57,556 nucleotides of DNA from Octopus bimaculoides (Eukaryota), in contig NC_068984.1 in the NCBI RefSeq assembly GCF_001194135.2, positions 140,168,952 to 140,226,507 of the forward strand. Direction: 5' to 3'. The translations under genes were made by a program, and so were the position numbers. The notes under the pieces were generated by a model. The model saw nothing but the letters and a program-made list of their open reading frames with translations. It was not told where the DNA came from and ran no database searches. Numbering within the stretch: the stretch's first letter is position 1; every line of letters starts with the position of its first letter. This document shows positions 12,726-23,847 of this stretch, in pieces.

Positions 12726-12797
12726 TCACTGCCTGGAAGCGAACTCGGAATCTTGGGGTTAGTAACCCGCGCTACTTAACCACTACGCCATGTGCTC
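12721..12797 (-). mobile_element. Short tRNA-like retroposon with (AAT)n tail (tail at 12660-12720)
   Basis: Minus strand GAGCACATGGCGTAGTGG (A-box) TTAAGTAGCGCGGGTTACTAACCCCAAGATTCCGAGTTCGCTTCC (B-box) AGGCAGTGACCTG, then (AAT)n. Confidence 0.7.
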
Positions 12798-13245
12798 AAA
12801 TATACCTTAGGAATGAGAACCCAGGTTCGGAATTTCCTCGACTACGGTGCTTTATGGAGACATACGTAAACACAGTCACTCCCCCTCACCTCCATCTTAC
12901 AAATGCTGATTTATGACTTGACTTCCATTGCTCCTTGTATCCGCTTCGCCTACTTATGTGTATATTTATATATTCACGTAGGCACACACACAGACACGCT
13001 TACACACGTACATGGCGTTACAGCTGCATAAACTCACACACTCCTGCACCGTCCGATATGTATGGATATACACACAAAGTCAGGCTTTAATGAGTGTAGC
13101 AGTTATATGCACAAATGCGTGGGAGTTTGCTTACTCTATGAGATACAATATGAATATCAGTAACACAATACAAATATCAATAACACAGTATACATCCTCT
13201 TAGCATACAGTTTGCTCAAGAAATAATAGCATAACCAGTAAAATA

Positions 13246-13801
13246 CGAGGGTGAGTCAAAAAGTAATGGCATTTTGTTTAGGACAGGTATAATTACCAAC
13301 ACAGGAACATGTACCATACATCAAAATGAAGCTGGTCCTCTGTGGATCACATCCCTACTTCTCACCATAGTTACTGTTTCTCTCAATAGAAACGTTCCAC
13401 CTTCGAATGAGAGCATGTATCCCTGCCCCGTAAAATTCTGTTGACTGTTCTTTGAGCCATTTCTTCACTACCTCCACGCTCACCAGATTTAGCGCCTTCA
13501 GACTATCATCTCTTCGGCACCACGAAAGCGGGTTTGAGAGGCAAACATTATTCCAGTGACAAGGAAGTGAAAACTGTAGTGAAGAAGTGGCTCAAAGAAC
13601 AGTCAACAGAATTTTATGGGGCAGTGATGCATGCTCTCATTTGAAGATGGAACACTGCTATTGAGAGAAACGGTGACTATGTTGAGAAGTAGGTATGTGA
13701 TCGACAGAGGACCAGCTTCATTTTGATGTATGATACATGTTCCTGTGTTGGTAATTATACCTGTCCTAAACAAAATGGCATTACTTTTTGACTCACCCTC
13801 G
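13246..13801 (+). mobile_element. Palindromic mariner derivative (3' end duplicated as 226-bp inverted arms)
   Basis: TA at 13244-45 and 13802-03. Arms 13246-13471 and 13576-13801 are reverse complements. Reading PPRSPDLAPSDYHLFG..LRGKHYSSDKEVKTVVKKWLKEQSTEFY..*RWNTAIERNGDYVEK* is a mariner transposase C-terminus. Confidence 0.9.
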
Positions 13802-14039
13802 TACATATCAACTGAATAAACAGTCAATAACATTCAATAATGCACTACAGTCTGATTTGTATAGATTCCATCTACCTGGGTATACATTGATTATTTGTTC
13901 ATCGTTCAGAAAAGGATATTTTGCGACACAGATACCGTAAACCATTTGCCATTTCTGTGGTGGCCCCTTCCGTTTCCCTTCATGTCCTAACCACGTGCTT
14001 ATTTTGCTTCATGGTTAATCCAGTATTGACAGGGTCTTA

Positions 14040-14310
14040 TCAGAAGCAACCATCGTTTAACCTTCCGGTTGGATTCCCAAACGGGGCGAACTGAAACTAT
14101 AGATGTTCAGCTATCTCGTTTTTGTTCAACCCTTAGGTCTTCTGCCAGTTTGAAGAATCTATCTTGCGATTCTCTATCGCGACATTCTACCTACATGTCC
14201 GTTGTACCAAAGCTGTGATCTCTCTGTGCCGATAAGTAGCGGCTCGCCCTGGAGAGCCTCCCTCACCTCCGAACTACGCACCCTGTCGAGTAACTTTGGA
14301 ATCAACATTC
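14040..14310 (-). mobile_element. RTE-clade LINE 3' fragment
   Basis: Reading LDRVRSSEVREALQGEPLLIGTERSQLWYNGHVGRMSR*RIAR*IL..TGRRPKG*TKTR*L..RLGIQPE matches the RTE C-terminal region; multiple stops. Confidence 0.8.
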
Positions 14311-14800
14311 AAAATAATATATCCATCAACGACACGTATTTTCACATGAATACAAGAAGATAAATGAAGCTATCTCAACAGTTAATTTTTATGTATTTGT
14401 GTTCTTTCCAATTAAACATCCTTACTTACAAAATCAATATCTTTCATCTTTTCTCTCATCTTTCATTCCGCTCATATCAAAAAACTCTTTATTCAGAGAT
14501 CTGAAGCTAAGATCATCACCATTATCTTTTATAGACTCTCTAATATAAAGTAATAACGTGTGTGTATCATTTGTACGTCTTGTTCACCATTTCATTTCGG
14601 GTGATATATCTTGTTTCTCAAACATTTATGGACACCATTAAATACAGAATTCATCTTTCTACCACCGGTTTAAGTTTATGGAATGTGATACTATATCCTA
14701 TTGTAAGTTATGCGCATGTCTATTCTTTATCGTTTCAGTCCTTGGATTGCTGCCATGCTGGAGCACGCCTTAGAGCAAAGGTTCTCAACGGGGCTAGCCA

Positions 14801-15012
14801 TTTGGAGCTTGAGGGGGCGTTTTGGAGCAAAGGGGTCGTTAAGAGACTTTGGGAGATAGAGGGCGTTAAGAGACTTTGGGAGAGGGGGCGTTCAGAGACT
14901 TTTGGAGCTAGGGGATGTTAAGAGACTTTTGAAGCTAGGGGGCATTAAGAGACATTTTGGCGCTAGGAGGCGTTACGAGACTTGGGGGCTAGGGGGGGGC
15001 GCTGAAGACTTT
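14801..15012 (+). repeat. G-rich minisatellite, ~26-27-bp unit, ~8 copies
   Basis: Unit approximately TGGAGCTAGGGGGCGTTAAGAGACTTT. Confidence 0.85.
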
Positions 15013-15559
15013 AGTAAGTTTAGTTTAAAATTGACGAGTAGTAGCCATATTTTCCCAACTCTGCGACAGCTATTTTTAAAAAAAAAAACATGCCTTTTGT
15101 TTCAAATTTTCAAAAACTTAAAAAACACTTTTTCCACTTTGACGATACCCAAGCAATGGTACTATGTGTAACTGGTGTCGCTTAAGTGAAACCCCCATAA
15201 GAAAAACAAAAACTAAAAACAGATGAATAGTGAGGACGATTAAAAGAAAAACAGTAATGAATAAAAGTGAGAAAAGTGAATGTGTGTGTGTGTTTGTGTA
15301 CAAATATATAGAATGGTGGTCAGAATTTTGGATCAGACTGGCTTTTGGGAGTGGCTGATAAGTATGTATTTGTGTATGTGTGTGTATGGGTATGTTTGTA
15401 TGTATATGATAGCGCGTGTTGCCGTTTTGAATTCCTTTCTGCAATTGAACTTAAATTGACCGAATCACACACGCACACACATTTGTTTTAGATTTTGTAC
15501 CCATTTGAACTGCAGCTATACACCAGATAACGTGGTAAGTCTTATGCTCTGAAATTTAA

Positions 15560-15750
15560 ATTTTGATGTGGCTTTTTAAACCAATGTTCTGAAAAGACAC
15601 CCACATACATTGCACATCAGATTTGGACCACCAAGAACTGCAGGTAAGTACTGATCTTTGTGGATCTTAAAATGTCTTTTGAAGCCTCCGTTAGATTTGC
15701 AAACCTGGCATACACTGGATTCAAAAGAGGTTCGTTTATCATGGGTTCGC
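15560..15750 (-). pseudogene. Degenerate tandem C2H2-type zinc-finger remnant (RTE C-terminus or ZNF pseudo-fragment)
   Basis: FESSVCQVCKSNGGFKRHFKIH-linker-CNVCGCLFRTL, then after a frameshift GLKSHIKI. Confidence 0.55.
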
Positions 15751-16415
15751 ATACATACATACATACATATATACATATATATNNNNNNNNNNNNNNNNNN
15801 NNNNNNNNNNNNNNNNNNNNNNNNNNNNNNNNNNNNNNNNNNNNNNNNNNNNNNNNNNNNNNNNNNNNNNNNNNNNNNNNNNNNNNNNNNNNNNNNNNNN
15901 NNNNNNNNNNNNNNNNNNNNNNNNNNNNNNNNNNNNNNNNNNNNNNNNNNNNNNNNNNNNNNNNNNNNNNNNNNNNNNNNNNNNNNNNNNNNNNNNNNNN
16001 NNNNNNNNNNNNNNNNNNNNNNNNNNNNNNNNNNNNNNNNNNNNNNNNNNNNNNNNNNNNNNNNNNNNNNNNNNNNNNNNNNNNNNNNNNNNNNNNNNNN
16101 NNNNNNNNNNNNNNNNNNNNNNNNNNNNNNNNNNNNNNNNNNNNNNNNNNNNNNNNNNNNNNNNNNNNNNNNNNNNNNNNNNNNNNNNNNNNNNNNNNNN
16201 NNNNNNNNNNNNNNNNNNNNNNNNNNNNNNNNNNNNNNNNNNNNNNNNNNNNNNNNNNNNNNNNNNNNNNNNNNNNNNNNNNNNNNNNNNNNNNNNNNNN
16301 NNNNNNNNNNNNNNNNNNNNNNNNNNNNNNNNNNNNNNNNTTCAGTGTGTAGTGTTAAGTTGGTGGTTAAGAACAATACAATACCATAAAAAGGCATACA
16401 CAGATATTCATGTAA

Positions 16416-16463
<48 letters not shown>

Positions 16464-16569
16464 GAAATTAATTTGTGTAAAAATCAATAAGAGTACTCCA
16501 CATAATGAGAGTCTAATATTACTATCAACGCTTCATACTTCATGCATTATATGTGCGGCTAATATTTTC

Positions 16570-16882
16570 ACGTACATAAGCACGCTCACCAGGCGCTGGT
16601 CAACGGAACATCTTGCTTGTGAGATTAACGTACAAGTGGCTAAGCACTCCACAGACACGCGTACCCCTTCACATGCTTCTCAAGGAGATTCAGCATGACA
16701 GACGGTGTCACAAGGCTGGCTCCTTGAAACACATGTACCACTCTTTGCCAGTTGAGTGGACTGGAGCACTGCGAAAAAGAAGTGTCTTGCTCAAGAACAC
16801 AACGCACCGCCACGAATCGAACTCGCGACCTTACAATCGTGAGAAGAATAAATACCTTAACCAATAAGCCACGCGCTTTCAC
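16570..16882 (-). mobile_element. CORE-type SINE carrying the family C 3' tail
   Basis: tRNA/CORE head at ~16750-16882; 16590-16720 matches the family C tail (GTGGCTAAGCACTCCACAGACACG). Confidence 0.65.
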
Positions 16883-18465
16883 ATACATACATACATACAT
16901 ACATACACATATGATTTGTATTCATATAAGCTTCGATATATTTGTACATCAATTTCCATTAATTTGCATCTAAAATCACATCCAAGTGTATGTGTCGGCT
17001 ACATGTGAATTTATGAGTGCGTGTGCATGTATATGAATTGTTACGTATACGCGGCTGTACATGAGCACATCACAATAAGTATCTACAATCCGGTGCGATT
17101 ATATGTTTATAAGTATGTGTGTTTGTGAGAATATATGATTTTATGATACCTATAAATAAATAAATATATATATATATATANNNNNNNNNNNNNNNNNNNN
17201 NNNNNNNNNNNNNNNNNNNNNNNNNNNNNNNNNNNNNNNNNNNNNNNNNNNNNNNNNNNNNNNNNNNNNNNNNNNNNNNNNNNNNNNNNNNNNNNNNNNN
17301 NNNNNNNNNNNNNNNNNNNNNNNNNNNNNNNNNNNNNNNNNNNNNNNNNNNNNNNNNNNNNNNNNNNNNNNNNNNNNNNNNNNNNNNNNNNNNNNNNNNN
17401 NNNNNNNNNNNNNNNNNNNNNNNNNNNNNNNNNNNNNNNNNNNNNNNNNNNNNNNNNNNNNNNNNNNNNNNNNNNNNNNNNNNNNNNNNNNNNNNNNNNN
17501 NNNNNNNNNNNNNNNNNNNNNNNNNNNNNNNNNNNNNNNNNNNNNNNNNNNNNNNNNNNNNNNNNNNNNNNNNNNNNNNNNNNNNNNNNNNNNNNNNNNN
17601 NNNNNNNNNNNNNNNNNNNNNNNNNNNNNNNNNNNNNNNNNNNNNNNNNNNNNNNNNNNNNNNNNNNNNNNNNNNNNNNNNNNNNNNNNNNNNNNNNNNN
17701 NNNNNNNNNNNNNNNNNNNNNNNNNNNNNNNNNNNNNNNNNNNNNNNNNNNNNNNNNNNNNNNNNNNNNNNNNNNNNNNNNNNNNNNNNNNNNNNNNNNN
17801 NNGTGTGTGTGTGTGTGTGTGCATCTGTGATTATACATCTTTTATGTGTAAGTATATGTGATTTTGTATGTAATCATATCTACTGTGATCACAGAAAAAC
17901 TAGAAAAAAAACAGTGAAATATACCTACATTTCGATGCTGAAAATAATTTACTTACTGAAAAAAATATGGCTACCCATGATGGTATCACACATATATTAA
18001 TCAGTTTTACGGAGAGAGAGAGAAAGATGTCTGTTTTTTAATAGCAAAGCACTGTAACTTTTACTATTATTATAAGACTGGTCGTGAGAAATATCAATTT
18101 CTTATAAAATGACTGGGTTTTTTTTCTTAGCTTTCATTTTTCGTTCTCATTTTCCTGTTTATGTGGTGAAAATGAAAATACTTCTGACGTAACCTATTGA
18201 TTTTAATTAATGGGATTCATTCGAGTGGACATGGGGGAGGTTAGACAGTGATTGAAAAGTGACACCGTGTATTACTGGTATTTATTACATATTCCGAATC
18301 AGAACAGACTTTGACATATGATCCGAAATTCTGCTTCGAAAGGAAACGTTGACAAGCAAACCTACACTTGCGAACACACACAAATACACACACACACACA
18401 AATACACACACACACAATTACTCACACGTTTAATATTAGCCACCGAACATAAGCATATATATGTG

Positions 18466-18508
<43 letters not shown>

Positions 18509-18559
18509 ATACATGCATTCACACACACATCAGTAGTGGTAGGAGCAGCAGCAGCAGTG

Positions 18560-18617
<58 letters not shown>

Positions 18618-18640
18618 CAGCAGCAGTAGTGGTAGTCGTA

Positions 18641-18868
18641 AGGCGGCGAGATGGCAGAATCGTTAGCACGTTGGACAAATTGCTTAGCGGTATTATCGTC
18701 TGTCTTTACGTTCTGAGTTCAAATTCTGCCGCGGTCGACTTTGCCTTTCATCCTTTCGGGGTCAATAAATCAAGTGCCAGTGAAACTCTGGGGTCGATAC
18801 AACCGACAAGCCCCTCTTCCCACAAATTTCAGGCCTTGTGCCTTTAGTAGAAAGGATTATCATTATTA
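18641..18868 (+). mobile_element. SINE family A, immediately after (GTA)n
   Basis: Full-length homology; ends GTAGAAAGGATTATCATTATTATT. Confidence 0.8.
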
Positions 18869-20340
18869 TTAGTACAGATAAAAGCGGTGCCGAGTTGTAG
18901 GACTGAACCCGAATCCATGTGATTGCAAAGCAAGCTGCTTCACTACACTATCTTGCACCTATACTAGCGATAATTAGAAATAAAAAATATTATAATTTAC
19001 CAGAATATCTCTTATTATATCATACCCTCTGATAGAATCAAAACATTACATATAACTTATCGAACATAAATTACACAAGTTTCCAATATTTCAGCATAAG
19101 ATTATAGATTAGAGAAAATGAAAAAGATACTTCTTAAAAAAAGTCAAAGTTTTTTTTGTCTGTGTGTTCTTGTTTTGTTTTTCTTTAGTTTTGTTTTTTT
19201 ATTTAATCTATAATGGAATTCAAAAAGCAAAGAAAACGGCATTCGGCTACCTCACCTCGAGTAACAAAATGCAAATATGAATTTATTTTTATGCATTATC
19301 TCGGAACGAAATTTATCTATAGCTCCAAAAGATGAAAAAATACTCATGGAAAAAGCATTCAAAAATTGAAATTTAAAAGCAAGTTAAATCTTTAAAAAGA
19401 ACAGTGACGAACGCAGAACTCTGCACAAGAGGTACGAATATAAAAGTGGGCGAACGCAAACAACAGAACTCGAGTGTATAGTTATTTTTTAAGAAAGCTT
19501 TGAATGGAAATTCAAAGAGCCTGTTTTAAAATTAAACATATTTCAGCTTCCTCTACAAATATATATTTTAAAATGAAAAATTTTTCGAGGATATTGCATA
19601 AACCAAAGAAGTCTAACATACCGTCGGAGAATGGCATCAATCCCCGCAGCAAATTCGGAAACTGTATAAAACAAAAATTCCCCTTACTTAATATACAGAT
19701 ATTTGAGGGGAACGAAACTTGCCGACCTATAGTATTTCTCCATTTTATTAGAAGAGCAATACAACAGAACAACAAAGAAATGCAATCGTATTTCGAGATC
19801 TCTGACAATACGGTATTAATAACGTCAACGCTAGCGTCGAACTCTGAAGAGCACAATAGAACTGAAACCGGTTGGGACAGATTTGTGACAACTTTTGCTT
19901 CACATTTCATATAGCATTTTAGAATTATTTGTGAAAGAATTATAGTTATGTTTACATTAATATCTTTTTTGCACATTTCTTAACATTATCAGGGTCTTTG
20001 ATATTTTCGTGTTGCCTGCTAGCAGAGGTAATTAGGTACATGTCTACGAGAACCACAACAAACAACAAAGGTCCGGGACAGTTCTCTGCATGACGACACT
20101 CAAAAATATCGTATCCTTTCAAAAAACATCATTAACTGCAATATCTTGACTTCTATCTCGTAAAAGAGTCATGCAGCTTCCTTCCAATTCCATGTAATAT
20201 ATTGTGCATAGATTGGTATACTGTAATTATATAATTTGTGATATGAAAATATTGCTGAATTTTGTATCATTTTATTAATTTCTGTCAATATGTCTTCCTT
20301 CTCTGCATTTATGTACAAAACACTTTTCACTGCACTATGT

Positions 20341-20709
20341 GGCACTCCGTCGGTTGCGACAACGAGGGTTCCAGGTGATCCGATCAACGGAACAGCCTGC
20401 TCGTGAAATTAATGTGCAAGTGGCTGAGCACTCCACAGATACGTGTATCTTTAACGTAGTTCTCGGGGAGATTCAGCGTGTGACAAGGCTGGCCCCTTTG
20501 AAATACAGGTACAACAGAAACATGAAGAAAGAGTGAGAGAAAGTTGTGAAAAAGTACAGCAGGGTTCGCCACCACCCCTGCCGTAACGTCGTGGAGCTTT
20601 AGGTATTTTCGCTCAATAAACACTCACAACGTCCGGTCTGGGAATCGAAACTGCGATCCTATGACCGCGAGTCCACTGCCCTAACCACTGGGCAAGCACG
20701 CCTCCACTC
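20341..20709 (-). mobile_element. tRNA-derived SINE family C
   Basis: Homology to 51692-52078; ~11-bp TSD CTGCA(C/T)TATGT. Confidence 0.85.
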
Positions 20710-21047
20710 TGCATTATGTAGCCATGCAGCGTTTCAGAACGCGATTTCATCTGGTTTGTTTATTTTGTATGTTTTCTTTTATCTTTTACCCCCTGTTTGT
20801 TTACGCCGTTGGATTGTAGCTATGTTGGGGCACCGTCTTCAAGGGGTCTAGTCGAAGAAATCGCCCCCAGTGCCTATCTTTTTGAAGTCTGATACTTATT
20901 CTATCGGTCTCTTCTGCTGAAACGCTATGTCACGACGCTGTAAACAACAGCGAGTGTCAAGCGAGGGTCAACAACACTTTTACGAAGACATACATACATA
21001 CACATTCTCTCTCTCTTTCTCGCTCTCTCTCTCTCGCTCTCTCTCTT

Positions 21048-21080
<33 letters not shown>

Positions 21081-21278
21081 CGCGAAAATATAAGGTATGT
21101 TGGTGTAATCGGGTCAACGCAAATCGCGAAAATAAAAGGTGTGAGCTCAATTCTCACGCGTACTATTGCTCTTTTTTATTCCGTTGCGGGGTTTTATATA
21201 CGCTAATACCAAAGGTTGATGTAATCGACTTACCTCCTGCCCCGAAATTGCTGGCCTTGTGCCAAAATTTGAAATCAC

Positions 21279-21656
21279 GGATCTTTACCCTTTGAACGGC
21301 ACATCGAGAAATTAATTTTTTGTAACTAAACACTTTCAAACTTCGGACACTGGTAGAATGTGTCATATAAAACATCTTTTACTCTTAGTGATGTTGAGAA
21401 AAGTTTATATTTTCAAAGTTATTTCGTGTTAAAGTTGTCGTACTTCGGTAATTTCAACCAATCAATGATGCTGAATAAAATTACTACTGTTGTTTGTCAA
21501 CAACAACTTCCGGCGGTGTATATTTCGTTTGTCACTGTCATTTATGACATCGTTCGTGCGTTTGTACTGGTTTTAGCTTTAGGGTTTTAGGGTTCGGGTT
21601 TTAGAGCTAGGGTTAGGGTCTGAAGTTTGAAAGTGCCGTTCAAAGGGAAAAGATCC
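21279..21656. mobile_element. MITE with 23-bp TIRs, an 8-bp TSD and internal TTAGGG-like repeats
   Basis: TIRs GGATCTTTACCCTTTGAACGGCA / TGCCGTTCAAAGGGAAAAGATCC. Flanks GAAATCAC (21271-78) and GAAATTAC (21657-64). Confidence 0.85.
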
Positions 21657-21960
21657 GAAATTACTATTAGACTATTATCTATAGTCAATATACGGTGACT
21701 ATTTACAAAACATTTTTATTTGAGATTTGGGGATCTCTACTTTTTTTATCACATCATAATTTTTCTGATCGATCAACTATTACAGTATATGATGCACCGT
21801 ATTTTGAAAAGGATTGGTGTTCACAATTTGTACTACTTTTATGTTTCGTTCTGTTAGAAGACGACGTATGGACGTTATGTTGCTTTCACATAAGTCTGTG
21901 AATAAACAATTCAAGAACGTCTCAACATTGGTTGTGTGTCGTGATCAGTAAACCATATCA

Positions 21961-22005
21961 CATAATATTTACATAATATTTACATAATATTTACAAGAAT
22001 ATTTA
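21961..22005 (+). repeat. 11-bp tandem repeat (CATAATATTTA) x3-4
   Basis: Direct observation. Confidence 0.8.
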
Positions 22006-22510
22006 ATCTTTAGCAAATGTTTTAAAATCAAAGGTAATGTCTAAACATTAGAGTAAGAAAAAGGTTTGAGTGTTGTAGAAGAGCGATAAGAAGTGAATGA
22101 ACATGAAGATACAATGCTATTTAAGACAAAGAAAGGTGGAAATGATTAAATAAAAGGAAGCACAATGCAAATTGTGAACCGATATCCTACGAATTGAAAG
22201 TATATAGAGACAAGAGTCTAATCAGTGTAGGATTAAAAATAATGATATAAATAGAGTAAATACACAAGCAGATATGGAGAGATTGAACAATAAAGTAGGT
22301 GAAATTGTAAACAAGTCGAATAATAAAGAAGTTGAATCGTAAACAAGTTCTGTTAGTACCAATACGAATAAAGAAACAACGTGTGTTCCTAAACGAACAT
22401 TGAAGAGATCAAATCAAGGTTTTGATGTACAAAATTTATATGTAAATTAAGCATAGGTAACTCGATATGGATAGTTATAAATATAAATAATATTATTAGA
22501 TTACAAAAAC

Positions 22511-22730
22511 GGTGAACTGGCAGAAACGTTACAACACCGGGCCAAATGCTGAGCGGTATTTCGTCTGCCGCTACGTTCTGAGTTCAAATTCCACCGAGGT
22601 CGACTTTGCTTTCGGGTTCGATAAATTAAGTACCAGTTACGCACTGGGGTCGATGTAATCGACTTAATCCTTTTGTCAGTCCTTGTTTGTCTCCTCTATG
22701 TCTAGCCCCTTGTGGGCAATAAAGAAATAA
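22511..22730 (+). mobile_element. SINE family A
   Basis: Full-length homology to 3724-3943. Confidence 0.85.
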
Positions 22731-22781
22731 GATGAGAGAAATACAAGGAAAATAACGGGGAAGCGCAGAGGAGACAATAGT

Positions 22782-22895
22782 GTATAGGGGTGGCCGAGTG
22801 GTCTAATACACAGACTCGACAACAATTTCGTTAAACAAAACAATGAGTATTTTAGCTCACGAATGTGAGCATGTGTTCAAATCCCACTTCTGACA
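22782..22895 (+). pseudogene. Intron-containing tRNA-Leu(CAA)-derived pseudogene
   Basis: TGGCCGAGTGGTCTAA..CAGACT-CGA-C, ~27-nt insert, variable arm GCTCAC-GAAT-GTGAGC, GTTCAAATCCCACTTCTGACA, then poly-T at 22900-22921. The acceptor, anticodon and T stems carry mismatches. Confidence 0.75.
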
Positions 22896-22926
22896 AGCAT
22901 TTTTTTTTTTTTTTTTTTTTTAGACG

Positions 22927-23312
22927 AAGGCATGGTTGTGTGATTAAAAAGCTCACTTAGGAACTACATGATTTCTGGTTCAGTCCCACTGCATGGCACC
23001 TTCGACAATGTCTTCTAGTATAACCCCGGGCCGACAAGTGCCTTGTGAAAGAATTTACTAGTCGTTAACTGTGTGGAGGTCCCGCTATATACCTATGCAT
23101 TGGTGTGTGTTCTTTGTATCAGATTTTTGTCCCCTACAACCCCCTCCAAACTGGTATTGACTTCTTTGCGTCCTCATGACATAGCGATTCAGCAAAAGAG
23201 CCTGATAGACTATATAAAATATTTTTTAAATAAGTACTTGAGACGATTTATTTTGACTAAACCCTCTAAGGAAAGGATGGCCATGATGGCCGCAGTCACA
23301 TGACTGAAACAA
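22927..23312 (+). mobile_element. SINE family B, diverged, near full length
   Basis: Head GGTTCAGTCCCACTGCATGGCACC; tail ATGGCCGCAGTCACATGACTGAAACAAGTAAAA. Confidence 0.7.
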
Positions 23313-23587
23313 GTAAAAAAGGTACAAAGGAATTATACTGGGGATTGAGTAAAGTAAAAAAAAAGGGTCGAGAATTCAAATAGGGAGTTCAAAATTGTTG
23401 TTTGCATTTAAGATTATAGTACATGGAAAATTCATAGTTGTAATTTAATTTGGATACAATTTTCGGTTAATATAAATAAATTAGAAAAGAGCGTTGTAGT
23501 TCGCTTGAATTGCGGTACAGAAGTATAATGATAAATGAAATGGAGAAAGATTCAAACAATGCAAAGATGAAAGTTGAAAAGCATCTA

Positions 23588-23627
23588 TATTTATATATTT
23601 CGGGCACAAAAGCCCATCTTCAGGAGA
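23588..23627 (-). ncRNA. Minimal type I hammerhead ribozyme motif (stem I decayed)
   Basis: CUGAAGA-U-GGGC-UUUUGU-GCCC-GAAA-UAUA-UA; predicted cut between 23592 and 23591. Confidence 0.65.
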
Positions 23628-23807
23628 GTACAATAAAAAAAATGTATCTACGTAGATTCTGCCATTTAGCTAACCGGACGGGCAGTGACCTCGTTTTGTC
23701 CAGGGCTTTTGATATGCTGCTACTAGCGCAAGCATCGGACTAAAACGGGGTCACTGCCCACCCGACTATCCAAATGGCAGGGTCTACGTAGATACATTTC
23801 TTTGTAT

Positions 23808-23847
23808 ACTTCTGAAGATTGGCCTTTGCGCCCGAAATATATAAAGG
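23808..23847 (+). ncRNA. Minimal type I hammerhead ribozyme motif (first stem II pair broken)
   Basis: CUU-CUGAAGA-U-UGGC-CUUUGC-GCCC-GAAA-UAUA-UA-AAG; predicted cut between 23843 and 23844. Confidence 0.65.

Noticed and set aside
12721-12797. Functional tRNA gene
   Set aside because: No proper acceptor stem, an imperfect anticodon arm and an (AAT)n tail; treated as a retroposon.
15641-15650. Perfect plus-strand donor CAG|GTAAGT
   Set aside because: It falls inside the minus-strand zinc-finger remnant, and no good acceptor is paired with it.
19504-19976. Overlapping antisense ORFs of 136 and 154 aa
   Set aside because: No recognisable domain, AT-rich composition and no supporting gene structure.
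22040-22470. Purine-rich stretch resembling a decayed ORF
   Set aside because: Many stops and no identifiable motif.
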